16,495 nucleotides of DNA. Source: Microcystaceae cyanobacterium (lineage in GTDB: Bacteria > Cyanobacteriota > Cyanobacteriia > Cyanobacteriales > Microcystaceae). Positions 1 through 7,521 of the stretch are shown here, piece after piece. The stretch spans positions 1 through 16,495 of the forward strand of contig JBGTGT010000009.1 in NCBI GenBank assembly GCA_041746575.1. The letters run 5' to 3'. The translations under genes were made by a program, and so were the position numbers. Position 1 is the stretch's first letter, and each line of letters opens with the position of its first letter. The notes under the pieces were generated by a model. That model had not been told where the DNA came from, ran no database searches, and saw nothing but the letters and a program-made list of their open reading frames with translations.

Positions 1-70
1 ACCAACGAACGTTGAGTAAAATGATCTCTCCTTGGTAATGCCGCCATTTGAAAGGGTTGTTTTGATTCAT
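1..70 (-). CDS. IS6-family transposase, N-terminus only (partial)
   Basis: ATG at 70 gives MNQNNPFKWRHYQGEIILLNVRW, matching the typical IS6 start NPFKWRHFxxEIILxxVRWY. Not in the ORF track. Confidence 0.9.
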   Translation of the reverse strand, partial: MNQNNPFKWRHYQGEIILLNVRW

Positions 71-137
71 TAATCCACTATCTGAGTGTTTGTACTTATT
101 CAGTCTAACGGTGATCGCTAGTTTTTGCAACAGAACC
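1..137 (-). mobile_element. IS6-family element, left end (IRL and transposase start), runs off the left edge
   Basis: Minus strand from 137 reads GGTTCTGTTGCAAAAAC, the IS257/IS26-type terminal repeat. The same 16-mer GGTTCTGTTGCAAAAA starts at 16356 on the plus strand. Confidence 0.9.
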
Positions 138-427
138 GGAAAGTGCGACGGGGAGAACAAGAATATACTGTCAATACGACAAATATTGGAAAGACGCAGA
201 TAGAGCCAGCGACGACAGAAACGCTTCAAGTCACAGAGCCACCCCAAACGATTGAAATCAACACCGACGATATTCTCATCGCCTTTCTCAGTAATTTGGA
301 CTATATGAGTGAGGGGCAAGTAGAAGCCGCCCTAAAAGCGATCGCTCTTAAATACCCAGAGATGTGGAAACGTTCACTCAAAAACCTTGCAGAAAAAGCA
401 GAGTGCCAAAGGAAAAGAATGCAGTAG
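138..427 (+). pseudogene. 3' remnant of a gene truncated by IS6; product unknown
   Basis: The track's TTG start at 125 lies inside the IS6 inverted repeat, so it is probably not a native start. The frame is open from the IS boundary to TAG at 427 and contains a HIP1 site. Confidence 0.55.
338..345. repeat. HIP1 octamer GCGATCGC (also 6492-6499, 8464-8471, 15771-15778)
   Basis: Four exact copies found by eye; HIP1 is characteristic of many cyanobacterial genomes. Confidence 0.85.
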
Positions 428-532
428 TGGCTTCACTCAAATTCCAATCCGTCTTTGTCCTCCTATAAGCCAATCTGATTAATACCATTAGAAACTATTT
501 GTCAAGCAAACTTTACAAAAGTTAAATATATT

Positions 533-550
533 GTTACATTAGTTTACATA
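533..550 (+). promoter_or_regulatory. HLR1 (RpaB-binding) direct repeat
   Basis: GTTACATT-AG-TTTACATA matches (G/T)TTACA(T/A)(T/A)-N2-(G/T)TTACA(T/A)(T/A) exactly and ends 24 nt upstream of the psb34-like ATG. An extra half-site TTTACAAA is at 512-519. Confidence 0.8.
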
Positions 551-574
551 GACAGCCAAACGGAGGCACATCTC

Positions 575-745
575 ATGTACACCACCCAACTCGATAACGG
601 AATCCTTAACAACTACGCCGTTGAACCCAAACCTTATTACGCTGTTTCTCCTTCTCCTGAACAAGCTCGCACTTATGCTTTGCAAGGAGCAATCGCTACA
701 TTATTGGTATCTGCTTTAGTTTTAATCACTTTTGCTGTGAGCTAG
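575..745 (+). CDS. psb34: Ssl1498-family / photosystem II assembly factor Psb34-like small membrane protein, 56 aa
   Basis: GGAGG RBS, then MYTTQLDNGILNNYAVEPKPYYAVSPSPEQARTYALQGAIATLLVSALVLITFAVS: the family motif GILNNYAxEP plus a single C-terminal TM helix. Below the ORF-track size cutoff. Confidence 0.88.
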   Translation: MYTTQLDNGILNNYAVEPKPYYAVSPSPEQARTYALQGAIATLLVSALVLITFAVS

Positions 746-793
746 ACTTCTGTTACCTCAAGAATCTCCCCAAAAATCAAAGTTTTCCTGTTG

Positions 794-819
794 AGCCTCG
801 GCGATAATCGAGGTTTTTT
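794..819 (+). terminator. Rho-independent terminator of psb34
   Basis: Stem GCCTCGG/TCGAGGT, loop CGATAA, followed by a T-run. Confidence 0.7.
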
Positions 820-850
820 GCTGAGTGGGTAATAATCATGAGAAAGTCCC

Positions 851-1024
851 TTAGTAGGAGAGATAGGCCGCCGCTTCAAGTTGAGTGAGAGTTACGGTAT
901 CAAGAGGGCTTTCTTGAGAAGACATCCCTGCTTTGGGTGCAGATACACTAAAAACACTCATCAATAATAATAGTCCAGCGATAAAGGACATCGAAAGAGT
1001 AGGGTTGGCAGTGTTGGGATTCAT
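851..1024 (-). CDS. Small hypothetical membrane or secreted protein, 57 aa
   Basis: AGGAG RBS in front of ATG at 1024 (MNPNTANPTLSMSFIAGLLLLMSVFSVSAPKA...), a better start than the track's 1078; one hydrophobic segment. Confidence 0.6.
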   Translation of the reverse strand: MNPNTANPTLSMSFIAGLLLLMSVFSVSAPKAGMSSQESPLDTVTLTQLEAAAYLSY

Positions 1025-1096
1025 GGTGATTTCTCCTGTGAAGTGTGAATGAATAATGAAAGGAATGATAAAAAGCATCCGAGGACAATCAAGACT

Positions 1097-1302
1097 TTAG
1101 AGCAGCCCCCACTCTAAGAGGAGAGGTGTGGCAGAAGTCTCAGATTGAATATAGGGAACGCCCCGGTAGGTTAACTTGGCTTTAGGGGTGACAGTGACTT
1201 GATTAGAACATTGGTAAGATTGACCCCGATAGGTAAGGTTTGAGCAGAAATAGTAGGGGTGTTAGAGGAGGTGTAAGCTTGACCGCGATAGATGAAGTTC
1301 AT
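1097..1302 (-). pseudogene. DUF4278-like small protein, frameshifted (1 nt short)
   Basis: AGGAG RBS, then MNFIYRGQAY...; the shifted frame continues NLTYRGQSYQCSNQVTVTPKAKLTYRGVPYIQSE...LL*. Three (L/F)xYRGxxY repeats are typical of DUF4278. ATG to TAA is 206 nt. Confidence 0.7.
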
Positions 1303-2124
1303 GGTGTGTTCTCCTGTTGAGTTGATATAGGTAAAAGATTAAAGGGAGTGAGATGGATTCTAGAAAATCTGTTTTTATCCAAAAAGAAATAGGTGTCGAG
1401 ATGGCTAAACTGATGTCGTTTTAAAAAGAACAAGCTTTCACCCATTTGCCGATTAAGTGACCGTTTTCATCTCTTTGATAGGCGTTGCTGAATAATATGT
1501 TGATCAAGCAAGAAGTGGAACTTGATTAAATCTCAGATAGTGCATCAATAAGCGGACTGAATACCACAACATCTCCACTGATTTTGAGTAGCATAATGTT
1601 TGTCGATGTAATCGTGCTAGGTAATGTCTTAATCGAGTATTTTCTCCTTCCACTCTTGTCAGTTGTGTTTTGGGAAGAACTAAGTGCTTTTCTGGTTCAA
1701 TCAAGTTAGCATAAACGCAGTATCCATCGGTTATATATCTTCGACTGTTCCATAATTTTATCCTTTTCCAAAGTTTTTCAAACGTTGCTCCACTTCTATC
1801 TCCAATGGCTATGGCTAATACTCCGGGAGCATAATGATTAATCGCTGTCCAAATCCCTATCTTATGGCTTCTTTTCCCGATATAAGTTTGTAATTCATCT
1901 AATTCTGCCACAGTTGGACTGGATGTTTCTTCCTCTTCAGGTAAAGTTTCTGCTGATTCTTTGAGCCAATTCATAATGGTTGTATGATGAATGCCTGTGA
2001 TGCGTTCAATCCCTCGAAATCCCAGGCCATTGAGGTACATTTTGAGACAAATTTCCTTGACTTGAGGATGATAGCCCACTTCTTCATCACTAGATTGGAA
2101 ATATCGTTTACATTGGGGACAATG

Positions 2125-3277
2125 CAGGGCTATTTCATTTTCTAAGTTAGAATAACTATGTTAAGATGAAATCAAACTAAATAAATGTCTAAAATAGCTA
2201 TCATTCAAGCCTTTGAGGGACTGCCCGATTACCGGGACAATCAAGGCAAAAGGCACTCATTATCCTTATGTTTGGCTTTGTTTACCTTAGCTGTCACGGC
2301 CGGCAATCGGGGCTTTTTGGCAATGGGAGATTGGCTGAAATGTCATGCAGAAGAACTCAAAGCATTATTTGAGGTTAAAAGTCTGCCGTCTTATAGGGCT
2401 ATTAGACGAGTGATGTTAGATGTGGATTATGAAGATTATGCAGCTAGATTAGCTAAGTTCTTAGAAATAAGTCCCTTTGAAGGTGAAACAGTGAGTTTAG
2501 ATGGAAAAACTCTAAGAGGCTCTTATCAAGTACAAAATAATAATCCTCATAGCGAACCTCACCCTGCCATTATTTTAGTCAGTGCCTACATAGCAGAGAG
2601 AGGGCTGATCTTACCTCCTAAAGAGGTGGATTATGGTAGTAACGAAATAACAGCTTTACCCAAATTGATTAAGGATTTAGCGGTTAAAGGAGTGGTATTT
2701 GCTTTTGATTCCCTAAATACTCAAAAAAAACGATTGATACCATTGTGGCTACAGGAAATCATTATATCGCTGCTGTCAAAGCCAATCAACCCGCACTTTA
2801 CGATGGAATTAGTCAGATGTTTACACCAACTCAGACAGTTACTCAAGTTAACAAAGGACATGGGCGACGGGAAAAACGCACAGTCAGTATTATGGCATTA
2901 TCGCCAAACCATTTCTCTAAATGGAAAAATGCGGCCACGGTGATTAAAGTAGAACGAGAGAGAAAAATAAGACACAAGGTAGAACGAGAAACCTGCTACT
3001 ATCTTTCTGATTTATCTGAATCGGCATCGCAGTTTGCTCAGAGAATTCGCATTTATTGGGGAGTAGAAAATCGAGTTCATTATGTCAGGGATGTCACCTT
3101 TGGAGAAGATCAGTCTCGAACTCGAACAGGAGTTTTGCCATCTTTATGGGCAATTACCAGAAATTTAGCCATCAATCTCTACCGAGAAGCCGGGTTCACT
3201 AATATGGCACAAGCCAAGCGATTATGCAGTTATGGACTTCAGCACATTTTGGTACTCTTTAGAATGAAATAGCCCTG
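2125..3277 (+). mobile_element. ISAs1-family element, 1153 bp
   Basis: Perfect 15-bp terminal inverted repeats CAGGGCTATTTCATT (2125-2139, 3263-3277); 9-bp target duplication GGGACAATG at 2116-2124 and 3278-3286. Confidence 0.95.
2185..3272 (+). CDS. ISAs1-family transposase in two frames joined by a -1 shift at A8 (2723-2730)
   Basis: Motifs LPDYR..GKRH, SLDGKTLRGS, SNEITA, FDSLNTQKK | TIDTIVATGNHYIAAVKANQ, KGHGRRE, WGVENRVHYVRDVTFGED. Confidence 0.9.
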
Positions 3278-3814
3278 GGGACAATGATATCTTTGCTTAC
3301 CTCTAACAAATCCAAATTTTCGAGTTTTTGAGGAGTGGCAGTGAGGACACTTCATATGGTACGATTAAATTATTCTACTTTTCTATTAAAGCAGATTTAC
3401 ACTGCTTCAACATACTATTCAGCAACGCCGGAAAAATGGGCTGAATAATCTTCAATTAATTCTACAACCCTTTGTTAGTTTTAACCTCATTTTAAAATGG
3501 CTAAAAGTTTTTCCTATTCCTCAACTTTCTTTGGGTTTTCCGAGGCTTATTGCCAAAATTAATGAGTTTGATTGTTTACGTTCTTTAGTCAATTGTTGGA
3601 ACTACTTTTATCTCTCTTCTGCCTAGAGTGACAGAAGAGAGATAATCACCTGAGACCTAATCGAGATTCACTTCTTCAACTTACAGTCATCGCAAGAAGC
3701 CCAGATTTGTCATAATTTCTAGATATCCCCACTCAAGACGAAATACTGTGTCTTTTAGGATACAGAAATCTTCCCATATATACTTTTAAATAAATTTGCA
3801 TAATTTCCTTAAAT

Positions 3815-3848
3815 AGCAAATTAAGCTTAATTTGCTCTGATTTACTAT
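3815..3848 (+). promoter_or_regulatory. Candidate promoter/operator of the amidase cluster
   Basis: Perfect 22-bp palindrome AGCAAATTAAGCTTAATTTGCT (3815-3836) covers the -35 position of a TACTAT -10 hexamer (3843-3848). Confidence 0.5.
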
Positions 3849-3964
3849 GTTATCGCTAAAAAAGGAGATAAATCCGTTTTTAGCTGAATTGATTCTGGAA
3901 GATTGCCTTTGAGCAATCTCAAAAGTGGAGTAAACTCATCCATTTTCTAATTAACTTTTGAGGA

Positions 3965-5701
3965 GTGCTAAATTTGTTCAAACTTGCTAAACCAACTCTG
4001 GTTGTTACCCTGACCTCGGCCGTACTGCTCTCTTCGGCTCCTGATGTCCAAGCGGCAAAATTTAAGCTAGAAGAAGCGACAATTGCCGACATTAATACAG
4101 CTTTTGATGCCGGAATCTTAACCTCACAACAACTGGTGCGACTCTATCTCAATCGCATCGCCGCCTACGAAGATGGCGGTCCTCAACTGAATTCGATCAC
4201 TACCATCAACCCTAACGCACTAGAAACGGCAGCCGAATTAGATTTAGAGCGTCAGTTAACCGGGCCGAGGAGTCCTCTACACGGCATCCCTATCTTGCTC
4301 AAAGACAACATAGATACCTTCGATCTGCCCACCAGTAATGGCTCGGTCATTCTCAAAGATGCGATTCCCCCAGATGATGCCTACATCACTAAAGCCCTGC
4401 GGGATGCAGGAGCGATTATCTTAGGCAAGGCCGCCATGGGAGAGTTTGCCGGGGGTAGCTATAATACCATCGACGGACAAACCCTCAATCCCTATAACTT
4501 CAATCGCAATACTGGAGGTTCGAGCAGTGGTTCGGGTGCGGCTATCGCTGCTAACTTTGCTGTTCTTGCCATCGGCACGGATACAAGTACCTCTGTTCGC
4601 GGACCAGCGGCCTTTAATGGTATTGTCGGACTCCGGCCGACGACAGGACTGATTAGTCGAGATGGCATTGCCCCCAAAAATTTAACCTTCGATACGGCAG
4701 GGCCAATGGCTCGTACCGTAACCGACATGGCTCTTTTGCTCAACATCATTGCTGGGATCGATCCCAACGATCCGCTAACGCCAGACAGTGAAGACAAAAT
4801 CTCCGATGACTATACGCAGTTTCTGGTCAAAGGGTCTCTTCAAGGAGCGCGCTTGAGTATAGCACGGGACTTTTTTGGCGGCAATCCTGAAATTGATGCC
4901 TTAGCTGAAGTGGTAATCAGCAAGCTAGAAGAATTGGGGGCAGAGATTATCGACCCCGTTTTCTTCGATCCAGAGTTTATTGATTTTTACGTTCGTAACG
5001 GAGGCACAAATATCCGAAGAATTGCCGATTATCGCTTTAAAGAAGATTGGGAAGCCTATTTAGCTACCTTTGGACCCGACATTCCTAAGACGGTAGCAGA
5101 ATTTATTGAGATTTATGAAACAGAAGTCAATCAATCGCCACTTCCTGTCGAAAACAGTGTTCTCAACTTGCTCCGAAGAGCCGTCGCTACATCTACAGAC
5201 GATCCCGCTTATCAAAATTTGATCGAGAACGTCCTTCCAACAGCGACCGAGATCAAGCTCGCTCTCTTCGATGCCTACGATTTAGATGCGCTTGTCTTTC
5301 CTTACCAGAGCAATTTTGCCTCTCCCATTAACAATCCTGTTTACTCAATCGATGATCCGACCTTTACTTCTTACCCCGGCGTTCCTAATCCTGCAACGCT
5401 AGCAGGCTACAGTTCTGTTGGTTTTCCAGGGATCGTCGTCCCAATGGGCTTTGGTTCTCAGGGGTTGCCCATGACCCTCTCTTTCTTTGGGCGGCCTTAT
5501 GACGAAGGCAAGATTATTGGCTATGCCTATGACTACGAACAAGCAACCTTACATCGTCGTCCTTCACCTTTGCTAAGCCCCCTTCCTGGTGAGACATTGA
5601 CCGTACCTGAACCAGGTGCTGTTATTGGGTTAGGGATTTTTGGTCTTGTTGCTTTAGGCTCAAAACGCAAACTACAGCGTAATTCTAATCGATCCATATA
5701 A
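3965..5701 (+). CDS. Secreted amidase-signature (Ser-cisSer-Lys) family enzyme with C-terminal PEP-CTERM, copy 1
   Basis: Signal peptide ending VQA; LHGIPILLKDN, GGSSSGSGAA, GTDTSTSVRGPA; C-terminal VPEP, TM helix, KRK. The real start is more likely TTG at 3974, 8 nt after AGGAG. Confidence 0.92.
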   Translation: MLNLFKLAKPTLVVTLTSAVLLSSAPDVQAAKFKLEEATIADINTAFDAGILTSQQLVRLYLNRIAAYEDGGPQLNSITTINPNALETAAELDLERQLTGPRSPLHGIPILLKDNIDTFDLPTSNGSVILKDAIPPDDAYITKALRDAGAIILGKAAMGEFAGGSYNTIDGQTLNPYNFNRNTGGSSSGSGAAIAANFAVLAIGTDTSTSVRGPAAFNGIVGLRPTTGLISRDGIAPKNLTFDTAGPMARTVTDMALLLNIIAGIDPNDPLTPDSEDKISDDYTQFLVKGSLQGARLSIARDFFGGNPEIDALAEVVISKLEELGAEIIDPVFFDPEFIDFYVRNGGTNIRRIADYRFKEDWEAYLATFGPDIPKTVAEFIEIYETEVNQSPLPVENSVLNLLRRAVATSTDDPAYQNLIENVLPTATEIKLALFDAYDLDALVFPYQSNFASPINNPVYSIDDPTFTSYPGVPNPATLAGYSSVGFPGIVVPMGFGSQGLPMTLSFFGRPYDEGKIIGYAYDYEQATLHRRPSPLLSPLPGETLTVPEPGAVIGLGIFGLVALGSKRKLQRNSNRSI

Positions 5702-5735
5702 CCCCTAACCTAAATCTGAGAGTGAGAGATTAATT

Positions 5736-7445
5736 ATGATGTTGAAAACTTTACCGCAAACGGTTGTTTTAGCCGCTCTTCCTGCGTTATCTTGGGCATT
5801 GTTTCCTGAAAACGTTTTAGCCGTCACGTTTACACTGGAGGAAGCAACGGTTAGCAGTATCAATCAGGCTTTCGATCAAGGCATTTTAACGTCAGAAAGT
5901 TTGTTACAAATGTACCTCAACCGTGTTGAGAATTATGATGGGGTACTCAATTCTCTAATTACCGTCAATCCTAATGCCTTACAAGTAGCCAGAGAATTAG
6001 ATATCGAACGTCAAATGAGCGGACCGAGAAGCATTCTGCATGGCATTCCGATCATTTTAAAAGACAACTTTGACACCTTTGACTTGCCGACTACGGCTGG
6101 CTCGGCCGTACTCACAGGCTCTATTCCGCCTGATGATGCTTACATCGTGCGCCAACTGCGCGAAGCGGGGGCGATTGTTTTCGCTAAAGCCAATATGTCA
6201 GAGTTTGCGTCTGGCGTTCCCGGTGGTTCTTTAGTGGGACTCACGAGTAATCCTTATAATTTGGATCGCTCTCCTGCAGGTTCTAGTGGCGGCACGGGAG
6301 CGGCGATTGCGGCAAACTTTGGCGTTATTGGAACAGGTAGCGATACAGGTGGCTCAATTCGAGGTCCGGCGGCCGCTAATGGTCTCGTTGGTATTAAACC
6401 AACCCTGGGATTGACCAGCCGAGATGGAATTATTCCGCTCGCACTTTCCTTCGATGTTGGCGGACCTCTAACTCGGACAGTTGAAGATGCAGCGATCGCT
6501 CTGGGTTTCATGACGGGGATTGATCCAGCCGATCCTGCCACACTAGAAAGTGAGGGAAAATTTTTCAAAGACTACACGCCGTTCTTGAACACAAATGCTC
6601 TAGAAGGTGCGCGGATTGGGGTCGCTCGTGATTTTTTCGGTCGCAATGGTGAGGTTGATAGTCTCATTGAAGCCGCAATCACTAAAATGCAAGATTTAGG
6701 AGCAACGATTGTTGATCAGCTGTTTTATCCGTCAGAAGTTTTAACGGAAAAAGGCACTATCTATACACGAGTGAGATGGCCAGAGTTCAAGGCGCAAATA
6801 TCAGATTACTTAACCACTTTAGACGAGGGCTATCCCAGAGACTTAGCAGAAATCATTGCCTTAGCCGAAACCAATCCCTTTTTTGAACAATATCCTACTC
6901 GTTTGAATCTTTTCAGAAACGAACAAGCGAGTGCAGCTATCACTGATCCCGACTATCTTGATGCTTTGATTAATGGGAGGGCGTTTGTCAGAAATGCCGC
7001 CCTGAATCTGCTAGACAGTAACGACCTAGATGCCCTAATTTATCCCACCTCTGGATGTCCCGCCAGTCCACTACCAGGGTTAACAAACCCCAGCTATGTT
7101 TGTGGACCCGGTTTCTCACCGACGGATATTGCTAATATCTCCGGTTTTCCAGATATTCAAGTCCCTGCGGGTTTCACCTCTGACGGATTACCAGTAACCC
7201 TTTCTTTCTTCGGACGCGCTTTTAGTGATCCTGAACTGATTGGATATGCTTATGCCTACGAGCAAGCTACAATGCACCGACGTCCACCCAGCTTATTTGC
7301 TCCGCTTCCTGGTGAGTCCGTCAGTGTTCCTGAACCCAATCTATATATTGGTCTAGGTGTGATCGGTCTCTTGGGACTCAAGCGCCGAGGACAACGCAAC
7401 ACTAGCCGCAAGAACAAGCAGTGTGCATCTACAAACAATCATTAA
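5736..7445 (+). CDS. Secreted amidase-signature enzyme with PEP-CTERM, copy 2
   Basis: Signal peptide ending VLA; LHGIPIILKDN, AGSSGGTGAA, GSDTGGSIRGPA; VPEPNLYIGLGVIGLLGLKRR. Confidence 0.93.
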   Translation: MMLKTLPQTVVLAALPALSWALFPENVLAVTFTLEEATVSSINQAFDQGILTSESLLQMYLNRVENYDGVLNSLITVNPNALQVARELDIERQMSGPRSILHGIPIILKDNFDTFDLPTTAGSAVLTGSIPPDDAYIVRQLREAGAIVFAKANMSEFASGVPGGSLVGLTSNPYNLDRSPAGSSGGTGAAIAANFGVIGTGSDTGGSIRGPAAANGLVGIKPTLGLTSRDGIIPLALSFDVGGPLTRTVEDAAIALGFMTGIDPADPATLESEGKFFKDYTPFLNTNALEGARIGVARDFFGRNGEVDSLIEAAITKMQDLGATIVDQLFYPSEVLTEKGTIYTRVRWPEFKAQISDYLTTLDEGYPRDLAEIIALAETNPFFEQYPTRLNLFRNEQASAAITDPDYLDALINGRAFVRNAALNLLDSNDLDALIYPTSGCPASPLPGLTNPSYVCGPGFSPTDIANISGFPDIQVPAGFTSDGLPVTLSFFGRAFSDPELIGYAYAYEQATMHRRPPSLFAPLPGESVSVPEPNLYIGLGVIGLLGLKRRGQRNTSRKNKQCASTNNH

Positions 7446-7483
7446 TTGAGTGTCCTGAGAGGGATATATTTTCCCTATTTCCT

Positions 7484-7505
7484 TAACCCCTAACCCCTAA
7501 CCTAA
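7484..7505 (+). repeat. Short heptamer repeat (TAACCCC)2TAACCTAA; shorter copy at 5699-5713
   Basis: The same motif precedes amidase copy 2 (one unit) and copy 3 (two units). Confidence 0.7.
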
Positions 7506-7521
7506 TCTGGAGATTGATCTG

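Larger units (their letters stand above)
1504..3355 (-). pseudogene. IS1-family transposase split by ISAs1 (229 aa single ORF when rejoined)
   Basis: 3355-3287 encodes MKCPHCHSSKTRKFGFVRGKQRY. 2124-1504 continues in frame with HCPQCKRYF...GLGFRGIER...ELDELQTYIG...TDGY...VEGENTRLRHYLARLHRQTLCYSKS (zinc ribbon, HTH, DDE). Confidence 0.92.
1481..3429 (-). mobile_element. IS1-family element (787 bp when reconstituted), interrupted by ISAs1
   Basis: 23-bp terminal inverted repeats with one mismatch (GGCGTTGCTGAATA(A/G)TATGTTGA; 1481-1503 and 3407-3429). Confidence 0.92.

Noticed and set aside
125..137. TTG start of the 100-aa ORF
   Set aside because: It lies inside the IS6 terminal repeat; the ORF is treated as a truncated remnant.
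1303..1480. Glutamine riboswitch expected upstream of the DUF4278-like gene
   Set aside because: The conserved CGTT...GGAAGTA...GAAGGAACG pattern was not found by eye here or beyond the IS1.
3900..3919. Hairpin AGATTGC-N6-GCAATCT in the amidase leader
   Set aside because: Only a 7-bp stem with no T-tract or recognised riboswitch motif; could be chance.
5699..7505. CCCTAA as a telomere-like repeat
   Set aside because: Only one or two heptamer units, internal and intergenic.
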